64,000 nucleotides of DNA from Chiloscyllium plagiosum (GCF_004010195.1 NC_057719.1:21699557-21763556); one strand, 5' to 3'; positions 38,212 to 51,996 are shown, counted from the first letter of the stretch. Notes: generated by a model from the sequence alone, not told the origin. Made by a program: numbers and translations.

Positions 38212-38557
38212 GAAACCCTACATTGTGAAAGCAGGCCATTCAGCCCATTGAGTCCACACTAACCCTCTGAATAGCATCCCACCCATACCCATCCCCATCC
38301 CCATCCCCTACCTTATCCCTGTAGCACTGTATTTCTCATGGCCAATCCACCTATTTACACATCCCTGGACAATTTAGCATGGCCAATCCACCTAACCTGA
38401 ACATCTTTAGACTGTGGGATAAAACTAGGGCGTTCAGAGGAAATCCACGCAGGTACAAGAAGAATGTGCAAACTCCACACAGACATTAGCCTGAGGCTGG
38501 AATTGAAACTGAGTCCCTGATGCTGTGAGGCAGCACTGCTAACCATTGAGTCATCGT
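38212..38557 (-). mobile_element. HE1-like SINE, older
   Basis: CAATTTAGCATGGCCAATCCACCTAACCTG...GTGAGGCAGCACTGCTAACCA. Confidence 0.85.
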
Positions 38558-38678
38558 TCCTCCCATGTTCTGGCAATTTGGCCGTCTTTTGGTACGTGTG
38601 CACATGTGCATATATATATAGCTTAAATGCCTGTTTCAGCATGATTCACTGTCTGCACTTTGGCAAATGTAGAGTTTA

Positions 38679-38960
38679 AAAGCACAGCCGGTCAGGAAAC
38701 ATCTGAGGAGCAGGAGAGTCGATGTTTTGAGCATGAGCACTTCATCAGGAATGTGGAGGGGTAAGCCCAAGGGGCTGACAGATAAAAGGCATGGGGGTGG
38801 GGCTGGAGGCAGGTAGCTGGGAATGTGATAGGTATATGAAGATGGGGGGGGGGTGGTGGTGATGGTGATAGGTTGGAGCAAAGGGTGAAATGGATAGGTA
38901 GGAAGGAAGATGGATAGGTTGGACAGTTCAAGAAGGTGGTGCCATGTTGGAGGGTTAGAT
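38679..38960 (-). mobile_element. PLE family A 3' region, decayed hammerhead
   Basis: Minus strand ATTCCTGATGAAGTGCTCATGCTCAAAACATCGAC preceded by a pyrimidine-rich tract. Confidence 0.75.
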
Positions 38961-40179
38961 GCAGTCAGAAATGCACTGTCTCCCACTTGGAAGGCTTCTA
39001 GCTTTCATTCACCAGCTCCAAATGTTCTGTGGATCCAAATTTGGATCACTTAGCATTCTAACAATTAATTTACAAAGAGATTTTTACCACCTTCACTTCA
39101 TCATTTATAATTTACATCACACCAATCTGAAGTCAAATTCAATGAGTAAAAGTAAAAAAAGACTGAAACTGAAGTTAGTTTTGATTCATGATCATAATCG
39201 CTCAATGTAAAGCAGTCTTGCAGAATAATACATTGCTTGAAGTGTGCTTCTGGACTGTAACATAACCTATGGTTTCCAATTATATTCAAAACCACAGAGG
39301 TCAAGTGATTTATAAAGTCATTGAAATGCAATATTGCTCAAGCCAGTGATTTTTACTGATATATAGACAATTTCTTTCCTGTTTTGAAGAGTTCTGTTGA
39401 ACTCGACTTGACTACTGTAATCCCTGGTGTTGATGACAGTGAAAAGGACTTCACGTAGTCTCAACTTGACTCAGTTAATTTGCTCATTTTCCCAGTAGGG
39501 ACTTACCACTGGAAGATAGATTTCTGGCAATACACATGAAAAAGGAATGATATGATTGCTCGGTCAGAGGAAGCTATAGGAGAACATATAAATGCCTAGA
39601 GAAAATTGCCCTCAAGTCTGAAGTACAACCTCACAGTATGATGATTGTAAAAGATTACCAAGTGGATTATAAGTGGATTATAAGGGCATCCATAAATATA
39701 AAATGGCTTCCATGAGATGATTAGTAATTCAGTTAGGAATGTGGTGACCAAACATAGAGGGTTAATTACTGCATTTGTTTCAATTCAGGTCTCTAGTGCC
39801 TTGTTTTGCCAACTGCTTTTGGGAGACATGAAAGTTATTGCAAGCCACATGTGAACTAACAATATAAGAAAAACATAGCCAAAGGACCTAAAAGAGTGTA
39901 GAGGATTGAGACATGGAAATTAGTCTGGAGGTAAGTTTTGTGGAGAAGTGGTATGGTGAGGATTTGTTATGAAATTGAGAAGCACAGATGATTGGGTTCT
40001 CCCTCAGAACCTGTGGAATTTAAATGCAGCACCACTTGAATTTCTTATCCCTCTCTGTTGGGCTCCATAGTCAGGCATTTTGATTGACAGGTTGGAGGTC
40101 AGTTGGGCAAGGAAGCTTCGAGTACAAAACCAAATGAGTTCTAATGGATGCGTTGGAGAACTGAGCAAGGTCACACGAT

Positions 40180-40515
40180 TTGAGATTGGGCATCACCACA
40201 TAGGCCAGCATTTATTGCCAGTCTGTAATTGCCAAGAGAGCAGCTAACAGTCAACTACATTTCTGTGCATCTGGATATGTAGACTAGACCAGGTAAGGAT
40301 GGCAGTTTCCTTCCCTAAAGGACATTAGTGAAGCATACGGGGTTTTCCCAATAATCAACAATGGATTCATGGTCATTATTAGACTCTTAATTCCAGATTT
40401 TTGTTTTTTTTATTGATTTCAAATTCAACTATTTGCCTTGGTGAGATTTGAACTGGGTACCCACAACATTTCCGGAGTCTCTGTATTAACAGCTCAGCAA
40501 TTATAACACTAGGTA
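40180..40515 (-). mobile_element. Second tRNA-derived SINE family with L2-type tail
   Basis: Reverse complement of 41913-42253 (GGCAATAAATGCTGG tail, AGGGAAGGAAACTGCCATCCTTACCTGGTCT body, B-box-like head). Confidence 0.75.
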
Positions 40516-41339
40516 GAATATTGCCATTGGGATTACTTATGGTAGGGTGAGCACTGTGGTGACCTAAGCTTGTTGGACCTGGGAATTCTGCTCCTTTTCT
40601 GGCTGACAAGCATAAAGACAATTGTCAGAGGGATTTAACCTTCCTTGCATCTTTTCAGCCATCAGGTTTCTGAGGTGTGTGAAACCAAGCTGTCTTTGGT
40701 TACAAATATAACAACTTTTAAAATCAAGTTACACAGCCTTATTCAAATACTCAGATGACGAATCCAGTTCCTGTAGGAAAATTGACTGCCTGTTCTTGTG
40801 TCCCAACTCCATTAAAACTGGAAATAAGATATTTCGTTCCTGTTCCAGATTTTTCCTTTACATTTTAACTTCTGACACCACATCAACCTATTTTGTTTTT
40901 TGGAAGATACAGTTCAACATACTTAGGGGCAACAAATAGCTGTTGAAAGAATGTTAGCTCAAAGAAGAAAAAGATAAATCGGTGGAAAACAATCAATGTG
41001 AAAGAAACCACAGACAAACTGCACAAATTTCTAGGTATGAGAAATAAACTGGGAGAATTATAAGCAATTGCGCCACAGGAAGATGTATATTTATTAGAAC
41101 TAACAGAAACTTGGCTACAAACTAAGTGGGGATAGAGAATAAACATGTCAAACTCATATTTTTTTTAACAGGGGTTGGACAAAGGAATGATGAAAACAAA
41201 ATAAAAACTTCAAGCAGAGTCAAAATGGATAGAGATTAAAGATGAAAACTAAGTGTTTTCTTTATTAGACTTGTACTCAGATGCTCTCATCATGGGAGGA
41301 TAATTAGATTTATTCTACAAGCAGTGTGTTACATTATTA

Positions 41340-41900
41340 CCTTAGCCTTTCTGCCATCCAGGTCTCTGTTATCCATTCATGATGATTCAAAGACACTCCT
41401 GCCCAATCCCAAATGCTCTCACTTCAATAGGTCATCTAAAGTTCTGATGCATTTTTCACAACTTGCACTAAGTCTCATTCATTCATCCCTCTATACACAA
41501 TTAACTTCATTGGCTCTTAGTTAAGCTATACTCCAATTTTAAAATTCCCATTCTCATTTTCCAATTCTTCCATGGCCTCCTTATTGCTAAATTCTCCTCT
41601 TCCTTAACAATCCTCTAAGATATGTCCATTTCTCTAATGCCATAAGCATATCAGGTTTCATTATTTCCACCATTGGCAGCCAGATCTTCAACTGGCCAAA
41701 GCTTAAATGCTGGAATTATCTCCTTAAACCTTTGTTTCTACAGATCTCTTCTGAAACACTCCTTAAAAACTAAATCACTTCCCTTATCTCGTGATTATCC
41801 GTCCTTATTTAATTCTACCGTTTATTTAAACTACTCCTATGAAGTGGCTGGGCAAAGTTTTGTTATGTTAAAGATATATTGCAAAAATAAATTGCTGTTA
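41340..41900 (+). mobile_element. L2-like LINE 3' relic
   Basis: CATTGGCTC...TTTTAAAATTCCCATTCTCATTTTCCAA (remnant of LHWL...FKI), shared with about 53270-53340; L2-type tail. Confidence 0.6.
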
Positions 41901-41912
41901 CACCCTTTCCAG

Positions 41913-42253
41913 TGGGAATATAGTGGTCATATTGCTGGACAAGAGACTCGTAAACTAGAACCCCAGACTCATGTTCTGGATAGATGGGTTCAAATCCTGC
42001 TATGGCAGATAGTGAGATCTTAATTCCATAAAAGATTTGGAATAAAAAAATCATTAACCTAACTCAAACCATGTCAACTGTTGTAAGAGCCCATCTGGCT
42101 CACATATGTTCTTCAGGGAAAGAAATCTGCCATCATTACCTGGGTCTGGTCTACACACGATTACAATGTATTAAACTTGGGGAATTATGGATTGGCAATA
42201 AATGCTGGTCTAACCAGCAATATCCACATCCCATGATCCCATGAATTTTAAAA
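41913..42253 (+). mobile_element. Second tRNA-derived SINE family with L2-type tail
   Basis: A-box-like TAGTGG, B box GGTTCAAATCC, tail GGCAATAAATGCTGG...CCACATCCCATGA. Confidence 0.75.
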
Positions 42254-45200
42254 GTGGTAATGAAATTGCTGTATGTAAAAAAAGGCCAGAGAAAATGTTT
42301 ATGTCTCTCTGTCTCTTCTCTCAATGAAGAATGGTTTCTTAGACAGCATGCCATAAAAAAGGCTCTTGTGGAACAACATCAAAGTCTTTTAAAGAGAATA
42401 AGTGAATATGGAAGGAGAGGAGAGGAGAGCATTGAAATCATCAGTGAAGAACTGCATTGTCTTGCTTTGATATAAGAGCAAAATAGACAACAATGATAGA
42501 CAATGGTTACAGAAGGCATCACTTAACAGAAATCCATAGAAAATGAAGAGATCAGCAAGTAATTAGATACAAAACATAGCACAGAAAATAGAAAGCAGCA
42601 TTTCCTTCCTGTCCCTGGCATGCTGTGTTCACAGCTTCATGCTTTTTGACAGCTCTTAATGGATTTTGACCTGGACTAGTTGGCATATTCTCCCGTTGCT
42701 GTCAGCACGCCTGTGTTATTACTTACAGTTTATATCAGAGACATGCAAGCTCAAGACTAATCAGCGTTAAGTCTAATTAACTGGTGATCTGGAGAAACCA
42801 TGTGTGTTTGAATTGGGAAATGAAGCACAACCTCATCCTGAGGCTGAAAAACCCACTGTTCAGAGGTGCCATTTATTTTAATCAAGTGGTGCAGCATTAA
42901 ACACTGGCTTCCTTCAGCTGTTTGCAGTTTGGATTGATTTGCACTCAAGTCTCTCTTAAATGACTGACTCTGTTCACAAGCTGGAGTGAACTGCAAGCTG
43001 AGTGAGCAGAAAACGAACTCTGGAATGTGGACAAAGTACAATAGTATAAAGAAATTGAGACGGTACGAACATTCCAGTTACAAAAATGCCACTATCTTGA
43101 GTCATTGTTATTCACAATTGACCTGGCATACGTAACCAAACAAGCTTGGAATGGCTGGTGGTTGCAAAGCTTGGGTGCTCACAGTACAGCTGTTATAGAT
43201 GCTTGCTGATCTTTTAAATAAACAAGTAGATCGGAGCTTGTGTGGTCCTTGGCCTATATCCAACGTTGGAATTGGCCATATGATCACGTACATAGTAAAA
43301 ATAGTTTGTATCGCCATTGATCATGCAGTTGTCATATCATCATGTCATCATCTGTATAACACTGCAACATTTTATGATTTCCTGAAGCAGCCCATTTTCT
43401 AAGAGACGAGCCAGTCTGGATGTAATATTATGGGAGAATGCAGGCACTGCTGCTTAGCACGCCAGGAACAGCTTCAGCAACAAGCAATAATTTTACTAAG
43501 ATAAAAACAAAAAGCACTTGCTGAACATCAGGTATAAAAACAGAAAATACTAGAAATTTGGAAGCCTCTGTGCAGACAGAAAACAGAATTATTTGAGTTT
43601 GATGACATTTACTAAATATGTCTGTGTCGTGTAGGAGTTCAGCTTTTATCCATATGTCAACTGTCTGTAACACAGTTTGTATCCGTAAGATCATACTCAT
43701 GTTTTCAGTCAACATATATGCTGTAAATTCCCAGCCGTTCTGGATAAATTAACTGTCCCTTTCTGAAATAATTACTCATTTTGCCTCTTTCAGATATTAT
43801 TGTGCATTGTAGATATTTGTAACATCCCGTGCAGAGATGTTGATGACATAATTCTGGAACAGATAGGACTTGATCCTGGGCCTCCAACTACAGAAAGTAG
43901 GTACACTACTATTGTGTCACAAGAACCTTTTATTCTGCATTGTATATTTGCAGCAAGATTACTTTTTTAAATCAAGTTTTGAGCACAAGCATTTCATATT
44001 AAAGAACCAGCAGTGCCTGGGAAATGTAATTGTGGAATATTTCATGTGAGGTTTTACTAAATGCCCAGCGATCTGCATAACACGTCAGCTGCTAGCACTA
44101 TTCACATAACGAAATGTCATCATATTACAAAAACATAATTGGCTTGTGAAAACATCATTGTCTCCTGTGATTTTATTGTGATTGTGTGGCGCACAGCTGT
44201 TCTGAATAACCTTCTCTTCACACAGACAAATGACAGCCCTTTAAAATCAGACAGCATCTAAAAATAGACTTCCTGAAGGGGTGAAACCTATGAAGTGAAA
44301 GTTTCTGTAATTATGCTTCTGACATAAGGGTACTTAATTATCGTGGCGCAGGAAAGTGGAGGATGTTAAAGGGTGGATCAGGACAGAAGATCATATGGCA
44401 CCATGTAAGGTGAAATCATCACCCTAAATTAAGACACTTTGGGAATTCTGGAGACAGTTTGCTGATGGATACATGTCAAAAAGGAGGTGTGGCCAGTCCA
44501 AGATGGCATCAATTATTAGAATTCCTACTGTTAGCAGAGTGCTAGTGCCGAGGTCAATGGAGAGGTATAAGCCTATCTCACCATTGCTTGACATGGAAGT
44601 CCCCTGAAATTCATATAATTAGGTTTTGAAATTAGACCTCTCAGAAACTGGGTAAAATATCAACAGCTCCACCATTGTTAAACTGGATGGCCAGCTTCAG
44701 TCCAGGACATTTCTAAGTCCAAGTCCCTAAAAATGGATGCAGGAACTGTGATACTTGTTTTCCTATTGCATGTAATATGATGTAGATAGCATTTCAACAG
44801 TATAATATCTTCTGTTTAATAGGACTGCATAAAAGCAGCCAATGCCAACTGTTCTGATGAGTAGCTACATAGCTCAATGGGTGATCCAAAAGTGTAAAAG
44901 ACTGGTTTAGGCTGGTCTGGGCCTTTTAAAGGGCAGTGGCATTATCCCTGGAGAAAGTACTGGAAGCTATCAATATTTTACACTTCTTTATCTGGTGAAA
45001 ATAAGGATTGAACAATTTACAAAATGGATCACTGAAAAATAGCTTATTATAACATCTTAAACTGGCAATCAAACAAAGTTTTTCTTTCATTGCACAAGCT
45101 TATGATTTTGAACAGTCACAGTTATTGGTATTAGTTATTGTTGTTAATACTCTAAAAATCTGGGTATTGGATATTTCGTACTTACAGCAACAGCTTCCCA

Positions 45201-45569
45201 AAAAATATGAAGGGGTGCTTTTAAGAAGTTCTGTCCATGCCATTATTACTATAAGGTTCATTGTTTCCCTGTAGAATACGTATTGGATGAATGAGCATGG
45301 AACACCCATGAGTTGTCATGTCAGGTATGAAATGAAATTGGTAGTAGGTGGAAGCATGAATTGGCATGGGGATAGAGGGGCATTTAGCAGTAAGGGGGAG
45401 CATAAGTTGGCCTGAGTGGCGTGAGGGACTTCAGAGATTAGTGGGAGACATGAGTTGGCATGGAATAAACATGGGAGATTGGATAGCACTTCTCAAACTG
45501 ACCTTTCAAAAGATTCACAATTATGGACTGTGATACATATATCCCAAGAGAGGCTTGGAACCCATGATA

Positions 45570-47150
45570 CCAGAAGACATGGGAAGGTCATTCAGCCCAT
45601 CAAGACTGCATCATTATTCACTGAGGTCTTGGTGATCTGATATTCCTTATCTTCACTTTCCTACCTTTTACCTATTACATTGATTTCCTTACACATTAAT
45701 AATGTCTACCTCAGCATTGAATACACTGACAATTCAACATCTACAACCCACTGTGCTAAAGAGTTCTACAGATTCATACCTGAGAGGAGAAATTCTTCCT
45801 CATTTCTGTCTTAAATGTATGACCCCCTTACTCTGAGATTATACCCTTGGTCCTGGATTCTTGCACATGGGAAAATAACCTTTTCACATTCACCATGTTA
45901 AGTCTGCTAATATTCATACATGCTTCAATAAAGTTGTCTCTTATTCTTTGAAATCCCATTGGATACATGCCCAACTCTATTCAATCTGTCCTCGTAAGAC
46001 AGTCTGTCCATAACTGCTATCAGCCCAGTAAACCTTCTTTGGATTGCCTTAGAGAAGGGGCTCAAACTGTTCAAAGTATTCCAGCAGTGGTCTGGTTTGT
46101 ATAACTTGTATAATTTTTGCAAAACCTCCCTACTTTTATACTTAATTCCCTTTGAAATAAAACCTTTACCATTACTTACTGAACGTGGATACTAGCTTTC
46201 TGTGACTGCTGGACAAAGACTCACAAATTCGTCTGTTCTGTGGGATTTAGCAGTTTTCTCCCTTTAAGTAATATCCAGTTCCTCTACTCTTCCTGCCAAA
46301 GTGCACAACCTCACATTTTCCCCCATTATATTCCATTTACCACATGTTTTCCCACTTGCTTAATCAGTTTCTCTCCTCTCCAAACTCTTTGTGTCATCCT
46401 CATCAGTTACCATTCCACTTACTTTTGCGTCATCCCCAAATTTGGCAATAGTATATTCACTTGCCTCATCCAAGTCATTCATATATATTGTAAATAATCA
46501 TGCCTCAGCATGATTCCTGTGGCACACCACAAGTTACAGATCACCAGCCTAAAAATAGCCCCCTCTCTCAACCGTCTGTCTACTATTAGTCAGTCAATCT
46601 TCAGTCCATGCTAATATACTATCTTCAACTCATTGGGCTTGTATTTTATTATGTAAGCTAATACATGGCACCTTGTCAAATGCTTTCTGAAAACACAAAA
46701 ATCCACAGCTTCCCCTTTATCTATCCTGCTTGTTACATCCTTTAAAATTCTGATAAATTTGTCAGGTATAATTTCCCATTTGTTGACTCTGCTTGATCAT
46801 ATTTTTAAACGTGCTATCACATCCATTATAATAACCTTGAACAATTTCCTGTAACAGATATTAAGCTAACTGACCTATATTGTTAAAAATCACACAACAC
46901 CCAGTTATAGTCCAACAGGTTTCATTGGAAGCATACTAGCTTTCGTAGCATCGTTCCTTCATCAGGTCGCATCTCCAAATCATGACCCATATTGAACAAC
47001 CTGAGCGAGTTTTGAGAATATTTTTTGTCTCCTTTTGTCTCCTACACTCTTTAACTAATGGCATTATACTGGTAACTTTCCAAATCTCTGCTATTTTTCT
47101 TAGAATCTAAGGATTCCTGGAAAATTACTAACAGCGCACCCATGATCTCA
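45570..47150 (-). mobile_element. Old CR1 RT to 3' relic
   Basis: ORF 45925..46122 KAIQRRFTGLI...LSYEDRLNRVG; colinear with 33740-35780. Confidence 0.78.
46883..46982 (-). mobile_element. PLE family B fragment with hammerhead core and short inverted tip
   Basis: Minus strand AC-CTGATGA-AGGAACGATGCTAC-GAAA-GCTA-GT (46935-46967); TSD TGACC(T/C)ATATTG at 46871-46882 and 46983-46994. Confidence 0.82.
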
Positions 47151-47500
47151 ACAACTGACAATCATTGAACTTCAAGCCACACAGAAGCTGCATTGACTGT
47201 GTAAAGAATTTGGGAACTTAGAGATTCCTATCCACTCAATGAGCCAGTTAGGGAGCAGAGCCATTTCTTCAGTTGCAATCTTATCCTGCATCAGTGAAAA
47301 TTGGGGGAATCAGAATGAGGTGGGAATCTCAGAATCAGATGTGATCCATCATTTTTAAAGGGTTCCAGATTCCTCATGGCTAGAGGAGATCTAGCACACT
47401 GCAACTGCCAGTTAGATAATGGGCATTACCAGACATGATTCTCTGTCAATGTCCATATGCCAGCTGGGCATTGAAGGGGTCCAACTGCTTTTTATTATGG

Positions 47501-47646
47501 CAAAAGTGAGGACTGTAGATGCTAGAAACCAGAGTTTAGATTAGAGTGGTGTTGGAAAAGCACAGCAGGTCAGGCACCATCCGAGGAGCTGGAAAATCAA
47601 CATTTCAGGCAAAAGCTCTTCATCAGAAATAGAGGCAGGGAGCCTC
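47501..47646 (-). mobile_element. PLE family A fragment
   Basis: Family A tail with decayed hammerhead; 8-bp TSD TATTATGG at 47493-47500 and 47647-47654. Confidence 0.8.
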
Positions 47647-48269
47647 TATTATGGTATAGGTAAAATTCACATATGCCACCCACAAAACTATGTCACGGCA
47701 AAGCCTGCAAACCCCAAAATTATGTGCTCAATTTCACCTGCTTCTTAACACCAAGAATAATTGAAACATATTACATTGAATGAATAAAGTTCAATGTATG
47801 AATACATTTCTAGCACCAGCTAGGAAGGGGACAAAATCATAAAAGTTTGTTACTGCTATCATTTTCAAAGTCTCTGCTCTGAGTCTGGGACTGAGACTGC
47901 AATAAGTGATGGACTTCAGAAAGGATGTCCCTTATGGAAGTGGAGATATTGCACATATTTTCAAGGAAGAGTTGTCATCTAAACAGTTTGAGCAGAACTA
48001 GCCTCCCGCTGAGAAGCATTCAAAACTGCTTCCATCTCCTCCCTCTTCAAGCATCTCTTCCCATTCTGAGTTCCCTCTACTTTTTGTCAAGTCAAGCCTT
48101 ATTCCAAATGATGTCATGAACCCACGTTTAAGAACAATATAGTTTTGCAAGAGGTTGGCCAAAATTCCTTCAGTCACTGCCAGATCCCTCCCTGCAGACA
48201 ATCAATTTAAGGTCAAATGCTTGCAAAGTGTTCCTCGGGTTAATCTGAATTGTGGGAACAATTAAACAT

Positions 48270-48745
48270 GTGGCATCCAGACTGACACTTCAGTGCAGTG
48301 CATTCCCCCCAAAAATGATATAATCATCTTATTACTGTTTGTTAGGCCTCACTGTGTACGGATTGACCTTTTCCTTGTTTGATCATAGGATGAGGGCATT
48401 GCTGGCAATGCCATCATTCATTGCCCATCTCTAACTGCCCTTGAGAAGGTGGTGATGAGCCACCTTTTTGAAGTACAGCGGTTCACGTGGTTTAGGTAAA
48501 TCTCTGTACTGTCCATGAGGAAGTTCAAGCACTTTAACCCAGCACTCATGAAAGAACTGTGGTCAGCATTGTGTGCACCTTGAGACGGTGGTGTTCCTGT
48601 GGATCTGTTATGCCTGTTGAGGCTGGTGTTATTTCTTCCAATGACCACATTTCAAGTCTGTACCTAAAAGTATTTAAATTACTTTGCAACATCTTGAGGT
48701 CATGAATGGCATTGTACAAATAAAGTGTTGCTTACACTTTCTTTC
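48270..48745. mobile_element. Deu-type SINE relic (+) interrupted by an L2-type tail (-, about 48385-48610)
   Basis: CCAGACTGACACTTCAGTGCAGT head; TTGCCCATCTCTAACTGCCCTTGAGAAGGTGGTGATGAGC reversed tail; ACATCTTGAGGTCATGAATGGCATTGTACAAAT tail. Confidence 0.5.
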
Positions 48746-48809
48746 TGTTCATTTAAATTGCATGAGCACGTTTGCTCCACAGTTACATGTTGACCCTTGC
48801 TTCATTCAG

Positions 48810-48935
48810 GAGAAAGTGAGGTCTGCAAATGCTGGAGATCAGAGCTGAAAATGTGTTGCTGGAAAAGCGCAGCAGGTCAGGCAGCATCCAGGGAACAGGA
48901 GAATCGACGTTTCGGGCATAAGCCCTTCTTCAGGG
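48810..48935 (-). mobile_element. PLE family A minimal insertion (126 bp), young
   Basis: Perfect 14-bp TSD CTTGCTTCATTCAG at 48796-48809 and 48936-48949. Confidence 0.92.
48901..48935 (-). ncRNA. Minimal hammerhead ribozyme motif
   Basis: Minus strand CC-CTGAAGA-A-GGGC-TTAT-GCCC-GAAA-C-GTC-GATTC; the element ends 2 nt upstream of the core. Confidence 0.75.
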
Positions 48936-49389
48936 CTTGCTTCATTCAGTTGTGTCAAGTCTCAGAGTCCTGACTGACTTTGAATTTGTTCTTTGCCTTG
49001 TCTTTAGAGATGGAGTGGTAATAAGTGCTGGAAGTTTCTCCTGCCTTGTTCCTTATTTCCAATTTTGGCAATGATCATATTCAACTTGGCATTGTCAAGC
49101 ATGAATTGAACACCTGTTCACACCATGCTTGGCTTCAGCCAATTCTCATCTGTGTTCAAGAGCCAGATTCATTAATAAGGTTCAAAAAAAAGGTTACACC
49201 TTAAGTACACACTCTATTCACTAATATATTCAATCTGAAAATCAGATTTAATATGATTTGGCAGGACCATACTGTTTAGAAAAGCCAATAATATAAGAAA
49301 GATATATTTGTAAAATCAAGCTTTGAAAATGTTTAAGAGGTACATGGACATAGATATCATTAGTCTCTGAAAAGCAGAGTTTGTTTAAG

Positions 49390-50490
49390 TTACGAACCTA
49401 ATAAATGCTACAACCCTAAAATTTTACTGCACAAAAGGAGGACATGTAGACCAACTAAAGTAGTATTATCTCTTTGCTGAATCAGACCCCGATCTCCTGA
49501 TATTCCCCAGAGTTCAGCATTATTTTGATGTTAAAGCACTTGTTCAAATTTCACTTAAAATAAGCATTGGCCTCTATCCCAACGGCTCTGGTAAAACATT
49601 CTTTGCTCTGGCGGCTCAATGTGTAAACAAACCTTTTCTAATCATACTCCCTCAGTGACAATTTTAATTTGTGATTCCACAAGATCATCTGCTCAATCAG
49701 AAGAAGTTATCTTTATTGGCTTAAAAAAGACTCCTATTAAGTCTTCAAATCTTCTCCATTCCAAAGGAAATGGTAGGTCTTTCATCATCCCAGTTTGTCA
49801 TTCTAGATTTTCCAGGTGAAGCAACATCATATTGCCAATATGGCTTTAAAGTTCTTTGTATAAAATCTTCATTACTTCTTTATTGTCCCAATCAATCATC
49901 TAATTTAGGAAAAACACAAAATCATATCCAATTTTTTTGTGAATTTATTTTCAAACTTTCAGGAAATTACACATTTGAATCATTGGGACTCCATGTCCAT
50001 CCACACCTTTCAGTATTTTGCCATTACGTGTATAACATATTCCTTGGCTTTTCTCTCAAGATCTATTAGTTTACATTTTCTATGTTAAATTGTGCTTGAC
50101 ATGCATTTATTCATCCAACTAACCAATCTGTCTTCCTGAGAGCTTTTTATAACCTTCAGAACTGTTTAGAAACCCAACTACTCTTGGAGTGTCAGCATAC
50201 TGCAAGTTCAAATCCGAATCATTTCTATATACCAAGACCAAAACTGAGCCCTGAAGTACAGCATTTCCAACCATTGTCCATATCAACATCCTTTGATAAC
50301 CGCACATCAAATGATTTACGGTTGTTGCTGCTACATCTCCTCCGATGCCAGAATTTACTTCAGATATCTCTTCCGAGGTGTCTTAAGACATGCCTTCTGA
50401 TAATCTGTAAGCACCATATCTCCTGCATTATTTGTTTAATTAGTATTTTTTTAAAGTCAAATCAAGTCAAGACAGATTTTCCCTGACAAA
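49390..50490 (-). mobile_element. Very old CR1 relic
   Basis: ORF 50119..50310 VLQGSVLVLVYRND...YADTPRVVG (decayed RT motifs). Confidence 0.55.
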
Positions 50491-51956
50491 TGCATGAAGT
50501 ATGACTTTATTCATGAATTTCTGCATTTTCATGAACATTTAATTGGAGAATGTCAAAAGGCAAATTTGATGAAGTTATTAAGTTGTTAAAAATAGAGAAT
50601 TTCATTGGATGGTCTATGACCAATCCAAAACTGGAGAGGAGATCAGAATAGGAACAATAAGTTTGAGCCATAATTAAATTGCTGACTACTCAATAAGTTC
50701 TGGTATGATCTAATTGGTTAAGGCATTAATTTGATAATTCTTCTGGTTGAATTATGTTGCTAGTTGGTTACTATACATAACTTGTTAATATTGTCAGTTA
50801 ATTAAATCTGCTTAACTGGCTCATGTTGTGGTGAGTTCATATTTTAGTTAGAAATGGACCATCAGCCTGAATTCCTATTTTTAAGAAAATTCAAGTACAA
50901 TATGGCAATCAAAAGACTTATTGTGGTGTAGATGTAGTAAAGCACTAATAAAATATTTTGTAATCTAACAAGTCTTACCTGTATGCAGCGATCAGTTGGT
51001 TTCAACATTTTGTCTCTCCAATTTGCCACTAGAGTAGAAGGAATCTACTTTGTGATGTCAGCATTATTTGGTGTGAATGCCATGCATTGATTGAAACCTG
51101 CTCTTACACGCCTGCATTTATGAAGATAACAGTCTTAAAAGTGATTAAAGCCCAGCAAAGAAGCAACAAGAAAAATACATTGAAATAGAAGCAGAAAAAG
51201 AGAATACATATAAAGAAAAGCCAAACCATTAAAAAGAATAGTTCAGTATACCACTTAGAAAAAAAGCAAAGGCCTTCAGCAAAATATGGAAGGCACATAA
51301 ACAATTCTGGATTGGAAGCCTATTTTACGTTCTCTAAATTACTGCTATTCAAGAAATGTATGCAGCACTGTTTTACTGATTAAGTGAAATATGATTCTGT
51401 GAAGAAATTTCTGAAAATCTTGTCTGCTATCGCCAAGGAGGTGTCTTACTGAATTAATTCATCCAGTCTTTCAGTGGAGGAACAGAAAAACTAAGAAAAG
51501 ATCTGGAGAGTATTTAAAGACCAGCTAAGGTACCTTCAGGATTAGCAGAATCTAATTCATATCATACAAACACCAAGAGTCTACTGGTGATTTTGTACAA
51601 GATGCTGCAGTAATAGGCATGAGTGTGATTCCTCTGCCTCTACACTTCTTAAAGCCTTCAGGAAGAAACTTGTGGACCAGGAAAAGGGTCATACTACTGA
51701 TGTTTTGCTTGAGGATGGATACAAGCAATGAAGCCATGAGTCATCAATAAACAACAGCATGCGAGAGGTGCAGCCAAGGATTTTACTAGATGCAAAACCC
51801 ACACCACGGTGGTAGTCTTGAGAAGATGATTTGATGTATTCCTATTGTTGCATAATATTGCAAGTTGACTATTATTCCTGCTTAAAGTTTGTGAGAAGAT
51901 TTGTAGCTCGGGTGCTCGTTGCTGTGGTTCTGTTCGCCGAGCTGGAAGTTTTTGTT

Positions 51957-51996
51957 GCAAACGTTTCGTCCTCTGTCTAGGTGACATCCTCAGTGC
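51957..51996 (-). ncRNA. Minimal hammerhead ribozyme motif
   Basis: Minus strand GCA-CTGAGGA-T-GTC-ACCTAGACAGAG-GAC-GAAA-C-GTT-TGC: helix I GCA/TGC, helix II GTC/GAC, GUU triplet. Confidence 0.78.
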
